Assembly: GCA_965277715.1 (NCBI GenBank)
Contig: OZ255836.1
Span: forward strand, 2,976,001 to 3,040,000
Direction: 5' to 3'
DNA: 64,000 bases
Source: Gammaproteobacteria bacterium
GTDB lineage: Bacteria > Pseudomonadota > Gammaproteobacteria > JBCCGL01
The notes under the pieces were generated by a model, which worked only from the letters and a program-made list of their open reading frames with translations, did not search any database and had not been told where the DNA came from. The position numbers were made by a program, and so were the translations under genes. Shown in pieces: positions 28,977-38,048 of the stretch (positions within the stretch are counted from its first letter, which is position 1; the number at the start of each line of letters is the position of its first letter).

Positions 28977-29357
28977 TTAATCGTCCGCAATGTTATCTTC
29001 GGGTGTTTCGATATAGACCGCGAGCACGCAGCCATCCTGTGTGTATGAGGTGTGTTGGGTGCCCGCTTTCAACCAGACCAGATCACCCGCACGGTAGACC
29101 GTGCCGTCGTTATCGACCAGCTCGCCGCTGAGCACAAGAAACTCTTCATCGGCGGTGTGCTCGTGTGCCTCAGTTTGACAACCGGGGTCCATCTTGTAGA
29201 CATGGAAGCCCACGCCATCGGGTTTGCTGGTGTTAAGTTGTAACAGACTGCTGCCGCTTTCGTCGCCGTTCTCCATCAGCCAGGGCTTGAACGCCGAGGT
29301 GTGGATATTGGCTATGCGGCGGTCTTCAGGGGCGGTTATTTTTAGCGGCATTGGCAT
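28977..29357 (-). CDS. Cupin-domain protein (ChrR-like cupin)
   Basis: Cupin motifs HEHTADEEFLVLSG and GDLVWLKAGTQHTS. Confidence 0.82.
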   Translation of the reverse strand: MPMPLKITAPEDRRIANIHTSAFKPWLMENGDESGSSLLQLNTSKPDGVGFHVYKMDPGCQTEAHEHTADEEFLVLSGELVDNDGTVYRAGDLVWLKAGTQHTSYTQDGCVLAVYIETPEDNIADD

Positions 29358-29511
29358 TAGTCGGTTTGGGTGGTTTTCTTATCATATAACATGACTTGCC
29401 CATAGGCAGTAAATCCACAAAAATTCTGTGTAATAACCACGCTATAAACCGGTAAACTCGCCATTTTTTGATTGGGTTTCCCCGCCCGCTGTGGCCGGAA
29501 GAGTAGCGCAG

Positions 29512-31536
29512 ATGACAACATACACCATTGGCATTGATACCGGTGGCACTTATACCGACGCGGCGATTGTTGACGCACGCAGCCACAAGGTGATCGCCTC
29601 GGCAAAAGCCTTGACCACTAAGGGTGATTTATCCCTGGGTGTCAGCGCAGCACTGGAAAACGTATTGCACGCCACCAGTGAGGGGTTTTCACGCAGTGAT
29701 ATTTCGCTGGTGTCGCTGTCGACCACCCTGGCCACCAATGCGCTGGTCGAGGGGCACGGTTCATCGGTGGCGACGTTTTTGATTGGTTTTGATCAGGGCA
29801 TGGTAGCGCGCACCGAGATCGATAGGGCAATACCCAGTGCACAGCTTGTCTGTGTCGATGGTGGGCATCTGTACACCGGCCAGGAACAGGCACCGCTGGA
29901 TGTTGCCGGGATCGAAACAGCACTGGCCGGGGCGGCGGGCAAGGTCGATGCCTACGCTGTCGCCTCGCACTATTCGGTGCGCAACCCTAACCATGAGCGC
30001 CGCGCCGCCGCGTTGATTAGCGAAAAAACCGGCTGCCCGGTCACTGCCTCCTGCGATTTATCCGATGCTCTCAATGGCCCACGGCGGGCGCTGACCGCGA
30101 CCTTTAATGCGCGCATTATTTCACTGATTGTGGCGCTCGAAGCGGCGGTGCGCACGGCGCTGAAAAACCTGGAAATCGATGCACAAATTATGATCGTAAA
30201 AGGCGATGGCTCAATTGCCAGCGCTGAGTCGGTCACCACCAAGCCTATCGAAACCATTCTCTCTGGCCCGGCGGCCAGCGTCATCGGGGCGCGCTTTCTA
30301 TCCGGTTTATCCGATTTTATTATCGCCGACATTGGCGGCACCACCTCTGACGTCGCCACGGTGAGAAAAGGCTGGCCAAGCCTCAACGAGCAAGGCTCTG
30401 ATGTGGGTGGGTTTCGCACCTTGGTTCAGGCCATCGATATGCAAACTGTCGGGCTTGGAGGTGACAGTGAGGTCGAGGTCGATTTCAAAGGCGTGGTCAG
30501 CTTGCGCAGTAATCGCGTGGTGCCGGTGGCATTGGTGGCGGATAAATGGCCACAGGTGTTGAGTCAGTTAGCGGCTGCCCTGAGTGAAAGTGGTGGTATG
30601 CGCGGCGCGATCAATTACATCCTGCTAACTGACGGGGCATCGGCAGGTGTGCTACCGGAGGATTTGAGCGATGCAGACCGGAAATTTCTCGCACGGCTCA
30701 ACCCGCAACAGCCCACCTTATATAGTGATGTTGTATACGGTGCGGCGGATCGTTCGCGGGTGCCACGGCTAGTGGATCGCGGCATTATTCAAATATCCGG
30801 CTTTACGCCAAGCGATGCTGCGCATGTGCTCGGCCTGCAATCACAGTGGTCACTACAGGGGGCGAGGCTGGCTTGCGAGCTTATGGGCAGGGCGACCGGT
30901 AAGGTAATCGGTGTCGATGTGCAGGAGGATGTGGAGAAATTTGCCGGGGATGTTCACCACGCCGTTGCGGCAAAAAGTGCCCGCCTATTAATCGAGCGAC
31001 TTGCGGGCAGGCGTTTCAGTGGCGATGATTCGTTGGTTAATGCGACTGCGCATGGCCAGTATTTTGTCGGTGACTTGAGCGTATCCTTAAAACCCACTAT
31101 CGACGTAATTGCGGTAGGTGGCCCGGCGGCTGTGTTTTATCCTGAAGTGGGTAAGCGGTTGGGTACTCAGGTCATTATCCCCAGCGGCAGTGAAGTTGCC
31201 AATGCCATTGGGGCGGCCATTGGCATGATTAAAGTGCGTGCGCTGGTGGAGATTACCAGCAGCGAGGCGGGGGGGTATTTGATTCACAGTGGTGGTGAGC
31301 CGGAATACTGCGAGCACAGCGCTGAGGCGATTGCCCGCGCTGAGGTGCTGGCGCGGGCAGCGGCGCAGCGTGAATCGATGATTATGGGAGGGAGTGAAGT
31401 GGAGATTGACGTTTCGGTTGAGCGTATTGATATTCCCGATATGGGTGAGGATATTAGTTTGATGGCGGCGACAATATGTGCTGAGGTGGTGAGTTTGCCG
31501 GATGAAAAAATAGTGCCTGGCACTCCCCAACCTTGA
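29512..31536 (+). CDS. Hydantoinase/oxoprolinase-family protein (HyuA-like)
   Basis: IGIDTGGTYTD, LSTTLATNALVE, ETILSGPAAS, DIGGTTSD, GLGGDS, TPSDAAHVLG. Confidence 0.9.
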   Translation: MTTYTIGIDTGGTYTDAAIVDARSHKVIASAKALTTKGDLSLGVSAALENVLHATSEGFSRSDISLVSLSTTLATNALVEGHGSSVATFLIGFDQGMVARTEIDRAIPSAQLVCVDGGHLYTGQEQAPLDVAGIETALAGAAGKVDAYAVASHYSVRNPNHERRAAALISEKTGCPVTASCDLSDALNGPRRALTATFNARIISLIVALEAAVRTALKNLEIDAQIMIVKGDGSIASAESVTTKPIETILSGPAASVIGARFLSGLSDFIIADIGGTTSDVATVRKGWPSLNEQGSDVGGFRTLVQAIDMQTVGLGGDSEVEVDFKGVVSLRSNRVVPVALVADKWPQVLSQLAAALSESGGMRGAINYILLTDGASAGVLPEDLSDADRKFLARLNPQQPTLYSDVVYGAADRSRVPRLVDRGIIQISGFTPSDAAHVLGLQSQWSLQGARLACELMGRATGKVIGVDVQEDVEKFAGDVHHAVAAKSARLLIERLAGRRFSGDDSLVNATAHGQYFVGDLSVSLKPTIDVIAVGGPAAVFYPEVGKRLGTQVIIPSGSEVANAIGAAIGMIKVRALVEITSSEAGGYLIHSGGEPEYCEHSAEAIARAEVLARAAAQRESMIMGGSEVEIDVSVERIDIPDMGEDISLMAATICAEVVSLPDEKIVPGTPQP

Positions 31537-31700
31537 ATTAATATATGAGTTATCGCAGTTAATCTATTGAAATAAATAGTCTTCAATTCAAAATCGACAG
31601 CGCATTGGGTAAAGAACCTGCACGAAATAAATTCCGGGATTCGCAAATATATCGATTCACCTTATACAACCCACATAGAAACAAAAACCGGATACGCCAC

Positions 31701-31747
31701 CTAGACCTCATGTATTAACTGCACACAAGTAAATACATGATGTCTAG
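31701..31747. repeat. Palindromic intergenic repeat, copy 4
   Basis: CTAGACCTCATGTATTAACTGCACACAAGTAAATACATGATGTCTAG; its terminal CTAG supplies the TAG stop of the 31744-32046 ORF. Confidence 0.8.
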
Positions 31748-32046
31748 CCACCCCCACGCCGATAATAAAAATCAAACCGCTGCATAAACTGCTCAGCGTC
31801 GGTTTGCGACGCACCACTAAAAACAAAATCCACCTGCATACGCGGCAGTACCATCAGGGCTGAGAGTCGTCGGGTGCTTTCAGCCCCCAGTGTAATCGTC
31901 AATACCCCGTGCCCGGCAATCGGCCCGATAACAATGTCATCACCATCAGCCCGGTAAGTACTGTCACCAATTGCCGTGGGCAGGATGCGAAAAAAATCCC
32001 GCCGGTTAATCCCCATATCACGCGCAAAGCGAACCGGGTCGTTCAT
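31744..32046 (-). CDS. Small hypothetical protein, last gene of the aor operon (C-terminal GG)
   Basis: ATGA overlap with the MoaD-like gene; ends YRRGGG. Confidence 0.7.
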   Translation of the reverse strand: MNDPVRFARDMGINRRDFFRILPTAIGDSTYRADGDDIVIGPIAGHGVLTITLGAESTRRLSALMVLPRMQVDFVFSGASQTDAEQFMQRFDFYYRRGGG

Positions 32047-32294
32047 CCACCCGCCACCGGTGGCCAGATCGCCAATACATCACCCGCTTTAAGTACCGCA
32101 CTGTCACGGTCGGTTTCACAGGCAAATACCCCGTTTATCAACACCAGATGCGCCAGTTTGGGCGGAATTTTATAGTGCTGAATAAGCTGATTCAGCGTCA
32201 CATCATCGTCGACATCGATTTGCGCAGCATTAGCCACGGCACCAGGCGGCAACAGGTCACCCAGCGTTGCGTAGAGTTTTAGCGTGATTTTCAC
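32043..32294 (-). CDS. MoaD/ThiS-family sulfur carrier
   Basis: ITLKLYATL..VLING..GDVLAIWPPVAGG with C-terminal GG. Confidence 0.9.
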   Translation of the reverse strand: MKITLKLYATLGDLLPPGAVANAAQIDVDDDVTLNQLIQHYKIPPKLAHLVLINGVFACETDRDSAVLKAGDVLAIWPPVAGG

Positions 32295-32299
32295 CGCAG

Positions 32300-33568
32300 T
32301 CAGCCCATTTTGGCAGTTAAACCCATGCCTTGTGTCGAGGCGAGGTAGGCTTCCATTACCTGGGTGGGGTCGTCCATTAATTTTTTCTTCCAGCTACCCA
32401 ACGGTAAACGGCTTTGGATTAACCCCCGCAGTACGCCGATGTGTTGGGTTAAACCAAGGCTGTTCGCCCCGATCAACACATCGTCTTGAAATTGCAGGTT
32501 GAGGTAACGGTAGCGGCCATAATCACTCAGCTCAGCGGTGTCGCCGCCATCAATGCCCTCCCACAAACCGAAAGAGCCGGAGATCAGGCCCATGGTATCG
32601 AGTACGTTCATATTAACGCAGCCTGCGTGTACCACTTCGCTGCCATCGACCATGTTGCTGGTGGCGATGCGGCCGTGCTCGACGGCAGTGGGCTGAATTG
32701 CCTGCACAGAGTAACCACCCGTTGAAAAATCACGCCCCTGGGCGACATCCCCGGCGGCATAGATATTCGGCACGCTGGTTTGCAAACGCTGGTCGACAAC
32801 GATGCCCAGATCTGTCTCGATGCCGCTGCCGTTTAAAAATGCCACATTGGGCTTAACCCCGGTAGCCGAAATCAGCAAATCGGCAGGCAGTTGGCTGCCA
32901 TTTTCCAGCGCGACGGTCAGTGCATGACCATCACCCGGTGATACACCGGCAACGCGTGTCGAGGTGAGCACGGTGACGCCTTTGCTCTCACACCAGCGTT
33001 TAATCAAACCACCGGACGCCTGATCCATCATACGCGGCACCATGCGGTCTTCCATTTCAACCACAGTGAGGTCGACACCACGCGCCGCCAGCGCTTCGAG
33101 GATAATACAACCAATAAAACCTGCGCCCATCAACACTACTTTGGCGCCGGGAGTGGCCAGTGAAAAGATATGGCGGGCGTCTTCCAGTGTCCAGCAGCTG
33201 TGCACACCGGGCAGGTCGAGGCCGGAAATCGGCGGTGAAACAGAGTGGGAACCGGTAGCGACCAGTAGGCGGTCATAGTGTATTGTTCCACCGTTTTGCA
33301 GTGACAGTGTCTGGCCGCTGGCATCAATGGCGTTTACCTGATCCTGGATCACATCGATACGTTTATTCTCAAAATACCCCGTGGCCTTGCGCAGGTGGGT
33401 GCCTTGCTCTTCGACTTTGTTGATCAGGTAGTAGGGAATCGCCATCCGCGAATACGGCGGTTCCGGCTCTGCACCGATCAGGGTGATATGTGAATCAGGG
33501 TCGAGCTTGCGCAGGTTTTCTGCGGCGATGACACCCGCCGGACCTGCGCCAATGATGGCGTGGTGCAT
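32300..33568 (-). CDS. aorC: FAD/NAD-dependent oxidoreductase subunit of aldehyde oxidoreductase
   Basis: IIGAGPAG, PYSR, GAGFIG, IYAAGDVA; located directly downstream of AOR. Confidence 0.75.
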   Translation of the reverse strand: MHHAIIGAGPAGVIAAENLRKLDPDSHITLIGAEPEPPYSRMAIPYYLINKVEEQGTHLRKATGYFENKRIDVIQDQVNAIDASGQTLSLQNGGTIHYDRLLVATGSHSVSPPISGLDLPGVHSCWTLEDARHIFSLATPGAKVVLMGAGFIGCIILEALAARGVDLTVVEMEDRMVPRMMDQASGGLIKRWCESKGVTVLTSTRVAGVSPGDGHALTVALENGSQLPADLLISATGVKPNVAFLNGSGIETDLGIVVDQRLQTSVPNIYAAGDVAQGRDFSTGGYSVQAIQPTAVEHGRIATSNMVDGSEVVHAGCVNMNVLDTMGLISGSFGLWEGIDGGDTAELSDYGRYRYLNLQFQDDVLIGANSLGLTQHIGVLRGLIQSRLPLGSWKKKLMDDPTQVMEAYLASTQGMGLTAKMG

Positions 33569-33758
33569 AGTTGTTCTCCGGTGAAGAGAGTGCGGGAATA
33601 CGACTGCGCTCGCGACGTTTTCCGGCATCTTCTAAAATCAGCTTGTATAAGGTAATTGTGCTAACAGTATGTGTTCTTTTCCAGGTTTTTACCGCACCCG
33701 GTGAAACCGGGCGGCAGGCGAATGCCTGCCGCCACCTGGTGCCAGTACACGCAAAGTA

Positions 33759-35618
33759 CTAACCAGGCAATCCAAACCGGGCACGCGTCTCGGCGGTCGG
33801 CGCCCCTTGCGGTGTCCAGCCACGTGCCGCGTAATAAGCGGGCAGCATTTTATCCAGCTCATTCACCTTGCCTGTGGCAGGACCCGTTTTCGCGGCGTCT
33901 TTCAGCAGGCGCTGCGGTAGGTTGTCGTCTGCGGCGGTTAAGCCAGCGCGGTTGTTAAAATCGCGCTCCAGGTTCCAGATACGCTCACCCACTTCGGCCA
34001 GTTTCTCTGGGCTCCACTCGCCTTCGCAGGCGGCATCAATTTGCGGTGCCACGTTGTCCAGCGTCCAGGCAAACGAGGTGAAAATACAGATGCCCGCCGA
34101 ATCAAACGCCGCCGTTGCATCCTGAAAAGCCTTAACCAAACCGGCTTTACTGTCATCGGCGACCAGCGGATCGGTCTTTTCCGGAATGCCCAGCACTTCC
34201 GCCGCCACCGTGTAACCACGTAGATGGCAGGCACCCCGGTTGGAGGTTGCATACGCCAATCCCATACTTTGAATACCGCGTGGATCGTAGGCGGGAAACT
34301 CCTGGCTTTTCACTGTCATCGACAGTTCTGGCCGGCCATATTTTTCACACAAACGCTTAGAGCCAAGCCCCAGGTCTTTACCAAACCCCTCGCCTTTTGC
34401 CGTCAGCTCGGCAACCGCCACCAGTGCCTCGGCGGAACCAAATTTCAGCTCGATACCCCCTGTGTGTTCGGTGGTGAGAACACCCTCTTCAAACATCTCC
34501 ATCGCCGCCGCGACGGTGGAGCCGAATGAGATAGGGTCAAAGCCATCTTCATTGCAGAGAAAGTTGACATAGGTCAGCGCATCGAGATCGTTAATACCCG
34601 TATCCGGCCCCAGCGCCCAGGCGGCTTCATATTCCAGCCCGCCGGAGTTGCCCCAGTACTCGGGTTTGTTTTCGACACTGAAGTGGGTCTTATCGACGGT
34701 GGAAATACGCCCACAGGCAATGGTGCAGGCAAAGCACCCGGCATTGGTGGTCAGGTTAGGCTTGCCATCACTGGCGCGTGGCTCGGCCATTTTTTCTGCC
34801 GAGACATCGTGCGCGCCATCAAACTGTACCTCGCGCATATTGTTTGTCGGCAACGCACCGACTTCGTTGATGACATTCATCAGCACCTGCGTACCGTAGG
34901 CGGGCAGGCCCTGGCCGGTCACCGCGTTTTCGGCCAGCACCGCTTTGCCATCGCTGACCGCTTGCATAAAACGCACAGGATCTTTGATATTGCCAACCCC
35001 TTTATTGCCGCGCACCGTGATCGCCTTGAGCTTTTTCGAGGCCATCACCGTGCCCACGCCAGAGCGCCCGGCGGCCCGGTGCAAGTCATTAATAATCGCC
35101 GAATACAGGCAGCCCGCTTCGGCTGAGCGGCCCACACAGGCAACCCGCAGTTGTGGGTCATTGTATTTTTTGTGCAAAAGTCCATCGACTTCCCAGACCG
35201 ATTTGCCCCATAAATCATCAGCAGGCAATAACTCTGCCTTGTCGTTTTGTATATTGAGGTAGACCGGCGATGCCGATGCGCCTTCAAAAATCACCATATC
35301 CCAACCGGCCATCTTCATCTCGGCGCCGAGAAAACCGCCCGAATTGGAACAGGCGATGGCCCCGGTCAATGGGCTTTTGGTGATAACTGAATAGCGGCCA
35401 CCGGTGGAGGCCATCGTGCCGGTGAGCGGGCCGGTGGCAAAAATCAGTTTATTGTCCGGGCCGAGGGCATCGCATTGCGGGTCGACTTCATCGACCATAT
35501 AGCGCGTCGCCAGGCCACGTTGCCCCAGGTAGTCATTCGCCCAGGCCATATTCAGCGGTTCTTGGTTGACCGTGCCGGTCGTTAGGTTGACACGGAGTAC
35601 TCTTTTTGTCCAAGCCAT
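33759..35618 (-). CDS. aorB: Tungsten-dependent aldehyde:ferredoxin oxidoreductase catalytic subunit
   Basis: TKSPLTG..SNSGG, RAAGRSGVG.VM.SK.LKAI, CFACTIAC, EYE, YDPR, SNRGACH. Confidence 0.93.
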   Translation of the reverse strand: MAWTKRVLRVNLTTGTVNQEPLNMAWANDYLGQRGLATRYMVDEVDPQCDALGPDNKLIFATGPLTGTMASTGGRYSVITKSPLTGAIACSNSGGFLGAEMKMAGWDMVIFEGASASPVYLNIQNDKAELLPADDLWGKSVWEVDGLLHKKYNDPQLRVACVGRSAEAGCLYSAIINDLHRAAGRSGVGTVMASKKLKAITVRGNKGVGNIKDPVRFMQAVSDGKAVLAENAVTGQGLPAYGTQVLMNVINEVGALPTNNMREVQFDGAHDVSAEKMAEPRASDGKPNLTTNAGCFACTIACGRISTVDKTHFSVENKPEYWGNSGGLEYEAAWALGPDTGINDLDALTYVNFLCNEDGFDPISFGSTVAAAMEMFEEGVLTTEHTGGIELKFGSAEALVAVAELTAKGEGFGKDLGLGSKRLCEKYGRPELSMTVKSQEFPAYDPRGIQSMGLAYATSNRGACHLRGYTVAAEVLGIPEKTDPLVADDSKAGLVKAFQDATAAFDSAGICIFTSFAWTLDNVAPQIDAACEGEWSPEKLAEVGERIWNLERDFNNRAGLTAADDNLPQRLLKDAAKTGPATGKVNELDKMLPAYYAARGWTPQGAPTAETRARFGLPG

Positions 35619-35632
35619 GATGTCATCCCCCG

Positions 35633-36106
35633 TTATGCCGCTGGTTGGTTGTCGCTTTTCGCCGCCCAGGCGCGCATGCGCTCCAGTCCGGTGGCGTCGG
35701 CGTCGACATAGGTAATGGCATCGGTCGGGCATGCCTCGGCACATTTGGGATCGCCGCCGCACAGGTCACATTTGACCACCTTGCCAGCGTCCTGATTGTA
35801 ATTTACCGTGCCGAACGGGCAGGCGATAGTGCACACCTTACAGCCCACACACACATCGTCGAGAATGTCTTTGGCGCCGGTGGCCGTGTTGACGACAATC
35901 GCATCAACCGGGCAGGCCTGTAGACACCAGGCCTCAGCGCACTGCGTGCAGGTATAGGGAACAAAGCGCCCTTCATCGTGAAAGGTGAACACCTTGATAC
36001 GGGATTTTGACGGATTAAAAACGCCTTCGGCCTCATACGAGCAGGCCATTTCACACTGGAGGCAACCAGTGCACTTGCCAGGATCAATACTCAGTGATTT
36101 GAGCAT
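35633..36106 (-). CDS. aorA: 4Fe-4S polyferredoxin subunit of AOR
   Basis: Four Cys clusters: CTGCLQCEMAC, CTQCAEAWCLQACP, CVGCKVCTIACP, CDLCGGDPKCAEACP; strong AGGAGG RBS. Confidence 0.9.
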   Translation of the reverse strand: MLKSLSIDPGKCTGCLQCEMACSYEAEGVFNPSKSRIKVFTFHDEGRFVPYTCTQCAEAWCLQACPVDAIVVNTATGAKDILDDVCVGCKVCTIACPFGTVNYNQDAGKVVKCDLCGGDPKCAEACPTDAITYVDADATGLERMRAWAAKSDNQPAA

Positions 36107-36454
36107 GTAATTATCCTCCTTTCTTATTGGTTGAATGAGTGATGAGTAGCGGGCGCCGTTGAGTGGCGGGCTGCGAGGTCTGAGCATACTCTTATGCTTT
36201 TGTTGTATCCAGTCCTGTCGGTGAGATTCTCACCGGCTCCACGGTTGTTCAGGTTTTTGCTCAATACCGGGTCCCGGTGAGCCAGAAGTCTGTCGGGTTT
36301 AGGTGCTCGTAGCGAGGGAAAGATCAATTTGAGTCATTTTTGCGCACTATTGAGGAGAGTAGTGGCTCTATTTGTTTGTCTTGGCTATGCAAGTTTGTAA
36401 CGAGTCGCTCACTAAGGCACATAAGACAACAACAGGTGGACAACACTGTTGCGT

Positions 36455-37093
36455 TCATACCCGGGTAATTTTGCCCACACCTGATTGCATAAAGTGTTGC
36501 AGATCACCATAACCGGTAAAACGGTATTCATAATCGAGATGTAGTCGTTGTGCAATTACCCTGGCCTCATCTTCAAGCAGGGCATCTTTAACCTGCGCGG
36601 TATAAATAACTTTTTTATAGTTGCCAAAGTACATCGGCAGCAGTTCGGGGTGCCGATCCAGCCACAACCCCTCCCAGAAAAACTTATCGAAGTGTTTTAC
36701 CATAAAATCAGTGAGATAAAACGCACTGACACCGTCACCTTCAGCAAGCGCTGCAAAGTGCTCATTGCCTGCCATAAAAGAAAAACAATGCGGCCCGGCA
36801 ATACGTTCCACCTTCTCCTCTTCCAGGACACTATCCAACGCACCGGCTGTGCCGCAGTCACCAAACACGACATATATTTTTTCAAATCGCGCCCGCGAGG
36901 CACGTATTTTGGCACGTATTGCGTTGGGGATTTTTTCAGGTGTCCAGTGAATTTTTGCGGGGATACATTCGACGGTAAAGCACTCCCACTGATTGATACG
37001 GTTCAATGCAATAATCTCGTGTGCGAGTGCACCGCAGGCAATCAAAAGCGTGTTGCCGTTACCCTTTTTTGGTGTAGTGGGTTTTGTGCTCAT
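36455..37093 (-). CDS. DUF1638-domain protein
   Basis: LIACGALAHE, H..PEKIP, FGDCGT.G.LD, GPHCF, FYLTDF. Confidence 0.8.
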   Translation of the reverse strand: MSTKPTTPKKGNGNTLLIACGALAHEIIALNRINQWECFTVECIPAKIHWTPEKIPNAIRAKIRASRARFEKIYVVFGDCGTAGALDSVLEEEKVERIAGPHCFSFMAGNEHFAALAEGDGVSAFYLTDFMVKHFDKFFWEGLWLDRHPELLPMYFGNYKKVIYTAQVKDALLEDEARVIAQRLHLDYEYRFTGYGDLQHFMQSGVGKITRV

Positions 37094-37268
37094 AGGGGCT
37101 TAAAATATCCACCATTAAGGGTGGTATCCGACGATATGTACGCCCAGCGTGCGTTAATCCCCCAAAATTGGCAAACAAATAATTGCTGTAAAAAAATAAA
37201 TATATTGTTCAAATTTGGATCAACCCAACGTAGACTCGCTACTACCACAAACCTGCAGGAGTATTGTT

Positions 37269-38006
37269 ATGAAACACCTATTTCGCGCTGTTCTGCTGGC
37301 CATTTTGTCAGCCAATGTACTCGCCGATGGCAACCTCGTTAACTATACCGTCGACGGGCAGGACTACCAGGGCTATTTCATTAGTCCATCGACAGATGCA
37401 CCGCTGATACTATTGGTTCACGACTGGGACGGCTTGACCGATTACGAGATCAAACGCGCCCACCTGCTGGCCGATATGGGCTACTCAGTATTCGCCGCCG
37501 ATTTGTTTGGCGCGGGCGTTCGCCCCACTAAAATAGAGGATAAGCGCCAGCACACCGGCGAACTGTACAAAGACCGTGAAAAGATGCGCGCACTGCTAAA
37601 TGCAGCCCTGGCTGCGGCCAAAACCAACGGTGGCAATACCGGCAATGCAGTGGCGATGGGCTACTGCTTTGGTGGTGCTGCCGTATTGGAAATGGCGCGC
37701 TCAGGTGCCGATTTAAAAGGTTTTGCCACCTTTCACGGTGGCCTTGGCACACCGCAGGGACAAGACTACTCACAAACCAAAGGCAAGGTACTGATAATGC
37801 ACGGCAGTGCTGATACCGCTATCACGATGGACCAGTTTGCCAGCCTGGCAACCCAGCTTGAAACACAAGGCATTCCCCATGAAATGGTCACCTATAGCGG
37901 CGCACCGCATGCGTTTACCGTATTTGGGTCACCGCGTTACCGCGAGCAGGCAGATAAAAAATCCTGGCGATTGTTTTCAGACTTTTTAAAAGAAGTGAGT
38001 GGTTAG
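37269..38006 (+). CDS. Dienelactone hydrolase family protein (signal peptide)
   Basis: HDWDG, nucleophile motif GYCFGG, HGSAD, HAFT. Confidence 0.9.
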   Translation: MKHLFRAVLLAILSANVLADGNLVNYTVDGQDYQGYFISPSTDAPLILLVHDWDGLTDYEIKRAHLLADMGYSVFAADLFGAGVRPTKIEDKRQHTGELYKDREKMRALLNAALAAAKTNGGNTGNAVAMGYCFGGAAVLEMARSGADLKGFATFHGGLGTPQGQDYSQTKGKVLIMHGSADTAITMDQFASLATQLETQGIPHEMVTYSGAPHAFTVFGSPRYREQADKKSWRLFSDFLKEVSG

Positions 38007-38048
38007 CGCTATGCTCGATTGTGGACCACCTGATCAGGGTGCACACTA

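Noticed and set aside
12411-31747. Palindromic repeats as a possible CRISPR array
   Set aside because: The copies are kilobases apart with no regular spacers and no cas genes in the window.
36386-36406. Possible sigma-54 promoter for the aor operon (minus TCGTTACAAACTTGCAT)
   Set aside because: The -12 TTGC is present but the invariant -24 GG is replaced by CG.
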